Shown: piece after piece, positions 10,301-19,679 of the stretch
Numbering within the stretch: position 1 is the stretch's first letter
Layout of the letters: each line of letters starts with the position of its first letter
Origin: Candidatus Yanofskybacteria bacterium RIFCSPHIGHO2_12_FULL_45_19b
GTDB lineage: Bacteria > Patescibacteriota > Minisyncoccia > 2-02-FULL-40-12 > IGHO2-12-FULL-4
Assembly (NCBI GenBank): GCA_001794605.1
Contig: MGKD01000023.1
Location: 1-41,031, forward strand
Direction of reading: 5' to 3'
Length of the DNA: 41,031 bases
The notes under the pieces: model-generated
Database searches by the model: none
Seen by the model: the letters and a program-made list of their open reading frames with translations, nothing else
What the model was told of the DNA's origin: nothing
Made by a program: the position numbers and the translations under genes

Positions 10301-11080
10301 CACATATTCTTATATCACTATAAGTGTAGACTATATCTTTCTCCTCCCGCCTTGGCGGGATAGGAGATCGGCATATTATAACTAGTCTTTGACATTATCG
10401 CCTCACTAGCCATCTCTCCCTTGGATAAATCCTTAGGATCAGTCGTTACGGGGTCAAACCTAAAATTGTTTCAAGTTCTGATTTAGACTTCTTGTTCTTG
10501 GTCGCATAGTTTTCTGATTGAATGGTCAAGATGTAATTAATGATTCTTTCAAGCCTAGCTCTGTTTAATTCTGAAATTTTATTTTCCACCAGCAGTGCCG
10601 TAGCCTTGCTAAGCGCTAGCGCCTGATGTTTTTTGAATTTTACATAAGGCATAATATTTTTCAGAATTTCGTTCACCGGCTTAAACCCATTAATTCGCAA
10701 TTCGGTCATACCGTCATTGCGTCTTGCTATATAACCAATGCCAAGCTTTTTTCTAATCCAAAATAGTGGTGTTTCATGGCGACTATCTTGATAAAAACAG
10801 ATAGTGCTCATAAACCGCCAGCCTAGCCTACTATCACCACGCTTCTTGATTTGCAACATTAAACTACCGTCTCCATCAAGAAAGCCTGCAATATAAGCTA
10901 GATCAATTTTAGATTGACTTCCCACGGTATTGTCTTAATAATTTCTGGTCCTCAAGTAATTGTACCACAGCTATCGGACCGATAGTAATTGTGGTTATCA
11001 ACGGATACAGATTTATTAAGATTCCACCGTTATTAGCCGAATTGTCATCACAGATTACTCCGTGAAGTAGCAATTATTTT
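10301..11080 (-). mobile_element. group I intron in the sarcin-ricin loop (after U2656)
   Basis: Splits CUAGU|ACGAGAGGAC. P1 UAGU/GCUA with U-G pair, terminal G, and AAGAUAUAGUC core motif. Confidence 0.92.
10446..10925 (-). CDS. single-motif LAGLIDADG homing endonuclease
   Basis: YIAGFLDGDGS; located inside the intron. Confidence 0.95.
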   Translation of the reverse strand: MGSQSKIDLAYIAGFLDGDGSLMLQIKKRGDSRLGWRFMSTICFYQDSRHETPLFWIRKKLGIGYIARRNDGMTELRINGFKPVNEILKNIMPYVKFKKHQALALSKATALLVENKISELNRARLERIINYILTIQSENYATKNKKSKSELETILGLTP

Positions 11081-11142
11081 ACTAGAGACAACCCCCCTCA
11101 AGTATCAACGCCCGCACCAGATAAGGACCAACCTGTCTTGCG

Positions 11143-11882
11143 CAAAATATATTTCTTGGAAATTATTTCGGACTATACCTTATTCCATTTTTAGATGGAA
11201 TCCAACGTCTTATCCCGCTTAGCGGGATCCGTCAGTTTAAAACTGACAAGTCTCTACGGGGTTAGTGTACGAAACTTTCTTTTCTTTGAGTAATTAAGTT
11301 CTCGAAATGAATCAACCAACTTAAGCATCGCCGCAAAATCTTCTTCTTTTTCGATTTTGTTTTTTTGCTCAAGAATTTGTTTCATGAGAGCAATCTGTTT
11401 TCTTTTCAAAATAACAAATGGCTCAACCATTGATATAAATTCCAGGATGCTATCAATTTTATTAATAGTATATTCTAGAATTCCATCTTTTCGAGTTCTG
11501 ATGTAGCCCAAATTAATAAGTGAACAAATTTCTTCAAATTTAGAACGATCTTTAGCTGACTGAAATAGAATAATAGATGGTGCAACCTGAAACCCGTAGC
11601 GATAACCATCATTTGGCTTCGCACGTACATACACGCTACCATCTCCATCTAAAAATCCAGCTAAATAGGCTCTTTTAATTGCAGAAAGTTTATTCTTCAT
11701 ACACAACTTCCCTCGGTATTATCCTAACATATGACAGGTTAAGTTCAATGTTAGATATCCACCGATATGAGTTGGTTTTTCAATCTCGATTACTCGGGAA
11801 AGCCGCCGCTATTGTGTTATTTATCGGGTTCAGACGGTTCTATCCATGATTCATGATACCTACTTCATGATTCACATTCAGA
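11143..11882 (-). mobile_element. group I intron L2593
   Basis: Splits CAGACCGU|CGCAAGACAG. Terminal G and AGGUAUAGUCC core motif. Same site as the I-CreI intron. Confidence 0.92.
11254..11706 (-). CDS. I-CreI-like LAGLIDADG homing endonuclease
   Basis: YLAGFLDGDGSVYVRAKPNDGYRYGFQV parallels I-CreI YLAGFVDGDGSIIAQIKPNQSYKFKHQL. Confidence 0.93.
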   Translation of the reverse strand: MCMKNKLSAIKRAYLAGFLDGDGSVYVRAKPNDGYRYGFQVAPSIILFQSAKDRSKFEEICSLINLGYIRTRKDGILEYTINKIDSILEFISMVEPFVILKRKQIALMKQILEQKNKIEKEEDFAAMLKLVDSFRELNYSKKRKFRTLTP

Positions 11883-12258
11883 ACGGTCTGAACCCAGCTC
11901 GCGTACCCTTTTAATTGGCGAACAGCCAAACCCTTGGGGCCTTCTTCAGTCCCAGGATAGGGCGAGCCGACATCGAGGTGCCGAACTGTGCCGTCGCTAT
12001 GGACGCTCGGGCACAACCAGCCTGTTATCCCCGGGGTAGCTTTTATTCGTTGAGCTTCCGCGTTCCTACGAACCACGGTCGGATCACTAAGTCCTGCTTT
12101 CGCATCTGCGCGACATGTCCGTCTTGCAGTTAAGCCAGCTTGTGCCTTTGCGCTATCGCTCTGATGTCCATCCAGAGCTAGCTGACCTTAATGAACGCCT
12201 CCGTTACTTTTTGGGAGGCTGCAGCCCCAGCAAAACTGCCCACCAGCCACTGTCCCAA

Positions 12259-12370
12259 CCCAGCCCTCTAGGTGTGCGACGTTTTGCGGGAAAAAATTTC
12301 GAATAAAACAAACTATCCACCGAACGAAACTTTATCTTCCCGCGTTTAGTCATGCAACTAAAGGGCGGGG
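12259..12370 (-). other. about 105-nt stem-loop expansion of 23S helix 79
   Basis: Long imperfect hairpin (gccctctag...ctaaagggc) replacing the short canonical helix. Confidence 0.75.
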
Positions 12371-12641
12371 CCGGTTAGAATTACAAATTTTACAGATGAG
12401 TGTTTCATTGGCGTCTCCACCACAACCGAAATCATGGCTTCAAAGACTACTCACTACGCTACGCAGTAAAACTCGTAACCCAATAACAAGCTACAGTGAA
12501 GCTCCCGGGGTCTTTCCGTCTTGGTGCGGGTAGTCGGCATCTTTACCGACATTGCATTTTCACCAGGCTATTGGCTGAGACAGTCCCCCAGTCGTTACGC
12601 TATTCATGCGCGTGGGAACTTACCCCACAAGGTATTTCGCT

Positions 12642-13327
12642 TGACATGTTACAACAACGTGTTGTGGTATTCTTACCCTCTATGTCGCCATAGAGACCGG
12701 ACTATATCTTCTCGCTTCGGTTTATCATTCCGAATGAGTTCGACGTATAGTCTCTGAGGATTCTAAGACTTTATACTTTCTTCGATTCATCGTCTGAAGC
12801 AAAGATCGTACCTCATTCAATCCCTTCTCTGAACGATGTTTTCCCAAAATCATCATTTTGATAATTCTTCGAAAAACCAGAAAATCTTTTTGCTTATAGG
12901 TTTTCAGTTTATTTTTCTCAAAGAACGGAATAATTTTCAGATTAAGATCATCGATAGCTCTGACGCAATATTTTAACATTTGTTCATGATGATTATCTCG
13001 ACGAGTATTGAGATTTATGTAGCCACATTTGAAGAATTTCTCAATTCTTTTTAATGCGCCACGACTCCTTTCGCCTTGACTCACCACGAACTCTGGAAAT
13101 ACCTGCCAGCTTTCTCTTGTGGTTACTGTGCGATTACGAATTATACTTACAGTAAAGCACCCTTCACCATCGACAAAACCACTGATCCAACCTTCTAGTC
13201 TTAGTCTTTCCTGCTGATTGTCTGCACGAGAAGTATTTTCACTCATGGTATCATTATACCATGAGTAACCCTCGATTCTCAGAGTTTCCAGCATATAGTC
13301 GAATTTTATAAAAGCAGTTAATTACCT
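12642..13327 (-). mobile_element. group I intron L1931 (apparent terminal A)
   Basis: Splits AAAAGU|AGCGAAA. P1 AAAAGU/GCUUUU with U-G pair; UGCUGGAAA and AAGAUAUAGUCC core motifs. Confidence 0.88.
12725..13246 (-). CDS. single-motif LAGLIDADG homing endonuclease
   Basis: WISGFVDGEGCF; N-terminal ADNQQER overlaps the intron core. ATG at 13246. Confidence 0.93.
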   Translation of the reverse strand: MSENTSRADNQQERLRLEGWISGFVDGEGCFTVSIIRNRTVTTRESWQVFPEFVVSQGERSRGALKRIEKFFKCGYINLNTRRDNHHEQMLKYCVRAIDDLNLKIIPFFEKNKLKTYKQKDFLVFRRIIKMMILGKHRSEKGLNEVRSLLQTMNRRKYKVLESSETIRRTHSE

Positions 13328-13341
13328 ACTTTTAGACAGTT

Positions 13342-13639
13342 CATCCTTTTTATTAGTCTCGATGGATTCGATTAACTCACCATCGGACAGCCTCATGGTC
13401 GCCCATGAGATCGGACCATATCTTTCCGCCAACATCTTACGAAGTTTTGGCGGATCTGACGTATGGCCTCTGAGGACTCTCTGGTTTCCCAGGTTGCCTG
13501 CTGATTGTCCGTTGGTCGTCCGAAGCTCATCAGAGCGAAGGGGACCGCACCGAGCACATTTTCACCACTTCTGGTAGTGTCGGATTCAATCGGAGTTTCC
13601 AGCAAATAGTCAGATTTTATAACTACAACTGTCATGTTT
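13342..13639 (-). mobile_element. ORF-less group I intron L1917
   Basis: Splits GUAACUAU|AACUGUC. P1 AACUAU/GUAGUU, P10 GACAGUU/AACUGUC, terminal G. Confidence 0.93.
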
Positions 13640-13814
13640 ATAGTTACTGCCGTCGTTCACTGGCGCTTCAGGCCTCCGCAGTTCATCCGAAGACAAACCA
13701 CTTCAACCATTAACGTTCCAGCACTGGACAAGCGTCACCCTGTATACATCAGCTTTCGCTTTAGCACAGAGTTGTGTTTTTGATAAACAGTCGCCAGGGG
13801 TCGTTAGCTGCGGC

Positions 13815-13929
13815 CGTCCCAATGCCGACGTTGCCTTCGTGTTGAACTCCGCGCGTTGAGCATGTCCCATTCGGGACTTTGCCAAAGGCGCGGCATGTCA
13901 AAGACAAATGCAATGTCGGCACAGGGACG
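13815..13929. repeat. TIR hairpin element type A, in 23S helix 63
   Basis: 115 nt with about 10 differences from the copies at 15378 and 15765. Confidence 0.95.
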
Positions 13930-14476
13930 GCAGGCCTTATCCCGAAGTTACGGCCACTTTTTTGCCGAGTTCCTTAGCCAATAATCACCTGTTCGCCTTA
14001 GTACTATCATACTAGTCTACCTGTGTCGGTTTTAGTACGTTTTCGCTTAGACGCTGTAGAAGCTTTTCTAGGAAGACTCTTCAGTTGAATACCCCCATCC
14101 GAAGACAGAAGTTTAGTCGCCAATGAGTAGTGCCATTGAAGGCAGCGACCGGATTTGCCTGATCGCTATTCTAGCTGGTAGCTACATAAATCCAATAATA
14201 TGCTCAACTTTATTTTCTCCGTCACTCCATGATAAATCTAAACGAAGGGCCGGAATATTAACCGGCTGTCCATCGGCTTCCCCAGCTCGTAAGCTGGGTT
14301 ATCCTTAGGCGCGCCTAACCCTCCACTGATTGCCATCGCGGAGGAAACCTTAGACTTTCGGCGGCAGCGGTTTTCACGCTGCTTGCGGTTACTCATGCCT
14401 GCATTCTCCCTTCCTAACGCTCCATCCCAAGCCTCACGGCGGAACTTCGCTGCGTTAGAAATGCTCCCCTACCACG

Positions 14477-14600
14477 CGCCCCAGTGCCGAAATTGTCTTC
14501 TTGCCGGCCTTTGACCTGACTCCTCCCGCTGCCGAAATTGTAAAATCGGCAAGGGGGACGGGCTCAACGCTCGGCAAAACACAACTTCGGTACTGGGACG
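14477..14600. repeat. TIR hairpin element type B, in 23S helix 45
   Basis: 124 nt with about 10 differences from 16092-16215. Confidence 0.95.
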
Positions 14601-15134
14601 CATTCACGATTTCGGTGGTTAACTTAGCCCCGGTAAATTTTCGGCGCATTCGGCCTTCCTCATCCGAAGACGAGGATTGAACAGTGAGCTGTTACGCACT
14701 CTTTAAAGGATGGCTGCTTCTAAGCCAACCTCCTGTCTGTCTAAGGCAGAATACTTCCTTTAACACTTAGCTAACACTTAGGGACCTTAATCTGTGATCT
14801 GGGCTCTTTCCCTCACGACGATGAAGCTTTGCCCCCACCGTCTCACTACCATCCTTATCATCGAGGTATTCGGAGTTTATTTGGTAGGTCTACCGTAAAA
14901 CGGCAAGACGAACCAATTAGTGCTCTACCCCCTCGACTAACAGATGGCGCTGCCCCTAAAGGCATTTCGGGGAGAACCAGCTATTACCAAGCTCGATAAG
15001 CTTTTCACTTCGAACCACAGTTCATCCGATGATATTGCGCTATCAAACAGTTCGGACCTCCAGTCGCCTTTCGGCGACCTTCATCCTGACCATGGTTAGC
15101 TCGCTTGGCTTCGGGTCTTATACCAGATACTCAC

Positions 15135-15271
15135 CGTCCCAGTGCCGAACGCCCCGCTCCCGAAATTGCCCTTATCTTTTGATAGCAAGTCCCCACTAGT
15201 CTTTGGGACCTTGGGACTTAATGTCAAAAGACCGGTTCAATCTCGGCATTGGGACGCTCGGTACTGGGACG
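15135..15271. repeat. TIR hairpin element type C (doubled arms), near 23S helix 28
   Basis: cgtcccagtgccga-a-cgccccgctcccgaaattg ... tcggcattgggacg-c-tcggtactgggacg. Confidence 0.92.
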
Positions 15272-15377
15272 ATATGCGCGCTATTAACACTCGGTTTCCC
15301 TACGCCTGCGTCCTGACGGACTTAGGCTTGCAACTGGTATAAACTCGCAGGCTCATTCTTCAATAGGCACACCGTCA

Positions 15378-15492
15378 CGTCCCAACTCCGACATTGCCTT
15401 CGTGTTGAACTCCGCGCGTTGAGCATGTCCCGTTTGGGACTTTGCCAAAGGCGCGGTATGTCAAAGACAAGTGCAATGTCGGTATTGGGACG
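15378..15492. repeat. TIR hairpin element type A, in 23S helix 25
   Basis: Identical by eye to 15765-15879. Confidence 0.95.
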
Positions 15493-15764
15493 CTCCGGCT
15501 CTTTGTAGGCATATGGTTTCAGTTACTATTTCACTCCCCTAACCGGGGTGCTTTTCACCTTTCCCTCGCGGTACTAGTTCACTATCGATCACTAAAAGTA
15601 TTTAGCCTTGGACCGTAGTAGGCCCGGATTCGCCACGGATAATCTCCTCCATGGGTACTTAGGTAACAATACAAGAGTTCACTGACTTTCGCCTACGGGA
15701 CTATTACCCGCTGTGGTCTGCCTTTCCAGGCGTGTTCGGCTAGCTAGTGAATTTGTAACTCTTC

Positions 15765-15879
15765 CGTCCCAACTCCGACATTGCCTTCGTGTTGAACTCC
15801 GCGCGTTGAGCATGTCCCGTTTGGGACTTTGCCAAAGGCGCGGTATGTCAAAGACAAGTGCAATGTCGGTATTGGGACG
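15765..15879. repeat. TIR hairpin element type A, in the 23S H16-H18 region
   Basis: Identical by eye to 15378-15492. Confidence 0.95.
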
Positions 15880-15896
15880 ATGTACTATCCCTGCAA

Positions 15897-15994
15897 CCCC
15901 CCTCGACTCGGCGCTAAGCGCCTCGCTCGGGGCAAGCCAACTTTTTTAGATATTGGCTCGCCCTGAGTGAGACACGCAGTGTCGAATCGAAGGG
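15897..15994. repeat. palindromic element (ccctcgac/gccctgag family) expanding the 23S H16 region
   Basis: ccctcgact..gctcggggcaag ... ctcgccctgag..tcgaaggg; related to 23163-23186. Confidence 0.7.
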
Positions 15995-16003
15995 TTTAGG
16001 CTA

Positions 16004-16035
<32 letters not shown>

Positions 16036-16091
16036 TATGCTATTTATTTTCCTCTGGGTACTGAGATGTTTCACTTCCCCAGGTACGCCAC

Positions 16092-16215
16092 CGTCCCAGT
16101 GCCGAAATTGTCTTCTTGCCGGCCTTTGGCCTGGCTCCTCCCACTGCCGAAATTGTAAAATCGGCAAAGGGGACAGGCTCAACGCTCGGCAAAACACAAA
16201 CTCGGCACTGGAACG
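16092..16215. repeat. TIR hairpin element type B, replacing 23S helix 10
   Basis: 124 nt, adjacent to the H9 hairpin caatttgg/ccaaattg. Confidence 0.95.
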
Positions 16216-16671
16216 GTCAATTTGGTTTTCACCAAATTGGGTTTCCCCATTCGGACACCTCCGGATCAAAGCCCGCTAGACGGCTCCCCGAAGTTTATCG
16301 CAGTCACGCCACGTCCTTCATCGCCTTTTAGTGTCAAGGCATCCTCCATACGCCCTTCATTCCTTACAAGATTAAATGGCTCAGCCGCATGCTAAGCATC
16401 TAATCACTAACAAGATCTTACTTAATGCAATTTTTTACCCGCTATCCTTGTTGATACTTGGATAACATTTAACCAGTTTTCAAATTGCAGTCGGCTTAGC
16501 TACCAGTGGCTGGCTCCGGAAGAACCAATCACCGCTAGCCAAATTTCTGAAAAAAGCACTGAAAAAACCGCTTCCTCAGCGGCTCCAAAATTACAGAGAA
16601 AACAAGGAGGGTTTAGCCGCTTTGGATGTTATTGGATTGATGGGTTGTTTGCATAGATAACTGTGTTTATG

Positions 16672-16699
16672 ATTCTAGCAGATTGCCTAGGGCTGTCAA
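16672..16699 (-). promoter_or_regulatory. dedicated promoter for 23S-5S
   Basis: TTGACA-16 nt-TAGAAT with TG extension; boxA-like GCAATTTGAAAACTGG at about 16473-16488. Confidence 0.8.
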
Positions 16700-16732
16700 C
16701 GGTTTGGCCAGGTGCCCTGTGGGTAGACTGGG

Positions 16733-16778
16733 GATAACAAAACTGGGTCCCGCCGCGGCGGGACCCAGTTTTGTTATC
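16733..16778. terminator. perfect 46-bp palindrome, probable terminator insulating the 23S promoter
   Basis: gataacaaaactgggtcccgccg|cggcgggacccagttttgttatc. Confidence 0.8.
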
Positions 16779-16803
16779 TGACTTACTTTGCAAAGCAAAT
16801 CCA

Positions 16804-17493
16804 CTAGTCACGGGCACGCTTTTTGATGCTCGAGATGAGGTCATCCGCATGCTTCTGACCACCCAGACCAAAGGATAAACCTAAGGCGATGGAAAGAGCC
16901 GCTACGATGCCAATGATTACCACACGGAAGATGTCCTCGGCAATTCCTAACTGCGAAAGGGCCACCATCAACGAGAAAACCACTACTACCCAACGAGTCA
17001 ATGTCCCCAAGAAACCTCCGGAGGCCAACTTGGCCGCACGCATTGAAGCCACCACTAAACCTTCCAGGAAACGTGCTACCAAAATACCAATCAATAGTAT
17101 AAAGGCCGCCACGATTACATTCGGGATGTAGAGCACCACAGTACGCAAAAACTCACTGATCTCGGTTAAGCCTAGGATACTAACCGCCGACATTAAGAAG
17201 ACCACAACAAAGAACCACTTCACTAGCTCACCGAAAAAGTGCGCGCTATCTAAATCAAAGCCAGTTCTTTCCCAGACCGTCTTAAAGCCGACTCGTTCCA
17301 AAGCTTCGTCTAAACGTAAAACGCGAATAATGTAGTAGGCCAACTTCGCCGCTAACACCGCAATTAACCAGCCCACTAAAAAGACCACAAGGGCGGCAAT
17401 TAACTTCGGCAGAAAGGCGATCACGGCATACCACAATCCGGTTAAAGAATTGTATACTACGTCAGACGCCAACACCTGATTGTAACTATTCAT
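16804..17493 (-). CDS. conserved TM-helix repeat protein (CmpX/MscS-like TM region)
   Basis: Two repeats of P-(I/L)I-A..(V/I)..G..(I/V)A and a GL-FGLGG tail; strong SD. Confidence 0.85.
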   Translation of the reverse strand: MNSYNQVLASDVVYNSLTGLWYAVIAFLPKLIAALVVFLVGWLIAVLAAKLAYYIIRVLRLDEALERVGFKTVWERTGFDLDSAHFFGELVKWFFVVVFLMSAVSILGLTEISEFLRTVVLYIPNVIVAAFILLIGILVARFLEGLVVASMRAAKLASGGFLGTLTRWVVVVFSLMVALSQLGIAEDIFRVVIIGIVAALSIALGLSFGLGGQKHADDLISSIKKRARD

Positions 17494-17613
17494 AAATCAC
17501 CTTCCTTTCCCTCCGTCCAACACTTTCTTGCAAAAGTGCGAGACATATTTAATTAAACCAATAACTAATTTTAACACTTAACCGCACGCGCAAGTATTTT
17601 TTTGTGGATAAAC

Positions 17614-17776
17614 CGTCCTGGTGCCGAAGTTGCACTTGCCTTTGGCACGCCGGGACAAGTTCCAGAAGGGATGGATTTCAACAAAAGGAAAAATATCAGG
17701 CACTGGGACGCTCAACGTCGGCAGGAGTAGATTCAACATGCGGTTCAACTTCGGCACTGGGGCGCTCGGCAACGGG
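17614..17776. repeat. TIR hairpin element type D overlapping the 3' end of rmuC
   Basis: cgtcctggtgccgaagttg ... caacttcggcactggggcg, with an internal ggcactgggacg arm. Confidence 0.88.
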
Positions 17777-18802
17777 AAGATGAATGACCTTATCTACTCG
17801 ATCGAGCATCAGATCCAAGCGCTTCTCCGAATCATCAAATGAACCCTTGGCATCTGACAAGTGTTTACCCAAACGCGCAAAGCCTTCGCCCAGTTTTTGT
17901 CCATCAATACTAACCCGCTCCAACTTCTTCAAAATTTCCTGCGTGCGTTGTGAAACCTCCATATCTTTAAACCAGTGCATAATCGCCGATAATGTTAAGA
18001 ATAGAGTATTAGGCGAAACGATGAAAACTTTCTTGCCACGAGCATAACTCGCCAAATCTAAATCTTTGTAATCCTTAGCCGTCGAGATTATTTCGTAATA
18101 AATCGCTTCCGCCGGGATAAACATCAAGGCTAAATTAACCGTACCTTCGGCCGGCAAAATATATTTACTAGCGATATCGTCAATCTCCCGTTTTACGTCG
18201 GTGGCAAAAGCTTTACGATAAGCATCCCGCTTAATTTCATCCTGCTCCCCCATTAAACGCTCAAAATTTTCGAGGGGAAACTTGGAGTCAATTGGCAGTA
18301 GAAAATTATTTGGCAAGCGCAATACCGCATCCACAGCCTCACCGCTTTTAAAATAATGTTGTAAGGTGTAACGCTCTTTCGGAAAATACTGACTGAGCGA
18401 AGCATCTAAAGAGGTCTCGCCCCAACGCCCGCGTAATTTTGGCGCTTTAAAAATCTCTTGGAAGCTGGCGACACTGCTGACCTTCTGTTGCACCTGGGAA
18501 ATATTTTCCCGTAAGCTGGTTAGCCCAGCGGTAAAACTTTCCACCTGCTTGTGCACATTTTCGCTTGCCTGACGCGTACTTTCACGGCTCTCTTTTAGCT
18601 GTTCTGAAACCAGGCCAATAGTTTCACGTAAGGCGCGGTTAGTTTCGCCAGAAATCGTATCCAGCCGTTGGTTTAGTGACGCTAAACTGGCAACTACCGG
18701 ATCAGCGGTTTGGTCTTTTTTTTTACTCTTGGCGCGGTATTGAATAGTGATAATTACCAGTGCAATTACCACTACCGCCCCCAATAGAATCTGGTAAAAC
18801 AT
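17696..18802 (-). CDS. rmuC: DNA recombination protein RmuC
   Basis: RGRWGE, IDSKFP, DIASKYI, MFIPAEAIY, SPNTL motifs. Confidence 0.95.
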   Translation of the reverse strand: MFYQILLGAVVVIALVIITIQYRAKSKKKDQTADPVVASLASLNQRLDTISGETNRALRETIGLVSEQLKESRESTRQASENVHKQVESFTAGLTSLRENISQVQQKVSSVASFQEIFKAPKLRGRWGETSLDASLSQYFPKERYTLQHYFKSGEAVDAVLRLPNNFLLPIDSKFPLENFERLMGEQDEIKRDAYRKAFATDVKREIDDIASKYILPAEGTVNLALMFIPAEAIYYEIISTAKDYKDLDLASYARGKKVFIVSPNTLFLTLSAIMHWFKDMEVSQRTQEILKKLERVSIDGQKLGEGFARLGKHLSDAKGSFDDSEKRLDLMLDRVDKVIHLPVAERPSAEVEPHVESTPADVERPSA

Positions 18803-18843
18803 GTCTGGATTATAACACCTTGAAAAAGTTTGGCTAGACAAGA

Positions 18844-18873
18844 ATTAGCGGCGCCGAGAGTGGCGCCGCTAAT
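18844..18873. terminator. hairpin terminator downstream of tRNA-Arg
   Basis: attagcggcgcc-gagagt-ggcgccgctaat. Confidence 0.7.
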
Positions 18874-18990
18874 AACGAGACCCGAAGAACCCGTCGTCCA
18901 AAAAAAACATTTTTCGAAATCATCGTGGTCTCCTTCCGATCTATAAAACTCTAGTATTCTTTCTATCTAATGAACAGATATTCACGTTTG

Positions 18991-19063
18991 TGGCCCCAGC
19001 TGGATTTGAACCAGCGGCCTCTTCCTTCGGAGGGAAGCGCTCTATCCGTTGAGCTACGAGACC
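18991..19063 (-). tRNA. tRNA-Arg(CCG)
   Basis: Anticodon arm cttcc-ctCCGaa-ggaag and T arm GGTTCAAATCC. No encoded CCA; acceptor stem has 3 G-U pairs. Confidence 0.88.
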
Positions 19064-19104
19064 GTCAGGCGAGTCGGGCGGGTATCCACTGAGCTATGGG
19101 GTCG

Positions 19105-19677
19105 CTACAATTGTTTTTTAGACAGCCTGAAAACAAAGTGCCATATGGTCAAAAAAATCACAATACCAGCCAGTAGGGCCAGCTCGGCATAATGCAAGTA
19201 CCCCTTAACCAAAACAAAACCGGCACCCGAGGCATAGCCTAGTCCACCAACTACTATTATCCAAATCAAATCAGCCAAAAGATTGACCTCAAAGAATCGC
19301 CTCAAATTAATTTTTAATACCCCGGCCCGCGCTAAAATCGCGTGATGGATTCCATAGGTAAACTTGGAAACAATAAAGGTGTGGATCGGACGATTGGTAA
19401 TATGCTCGTCAAAAGACTTGGTTAGACGCAATAACCACCTGGTAAAAAAATTATTGTGCTGTTTAATAGTGTAGCCCAGCCAGTACCAAGCACCATCACC
19501 AACCAGTCTGCCCACAAGCACAACCAGAAAAACCTGCCCCGGATCAAAAAAACCTAGACTGACGAGGAAACCAACTGAAAATAGGGTGATATCACCCTCC
19601 ACTCCTGAAAGCAAAAAAATCAATAGACAGCCCAGCCAAGGCCAGATTAACAGTGAATCTAAAATAAACGATTGCAT
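19105..19677 (-). CDS. DedA/VTT-family membrane protein
   Basis: EGD, GD..WYWLG, SKFTYG and AG motifs; the longer ORF runs through tRNA-Ala. Confidence 0.85.
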   Translation of the reverse strand: MQSFILDSLLIWPWLGCLLIFLLSGVEGDITLFSVGFLVSLGFFDPGQVFLVVLVGRLVGDGAWYWLGYTIKQHNNFFTRWLLRLTKSFDEHITNRPIHTFIVSKFTYGIHHAILARAGVLKINLRRFFEVNLLADLIWIIVVGGLGYASGAGFVLVKGYLHYAELALLAGIVIFLTIWHFVFRLSKKQL

Positions 19678-19679
19678 AT

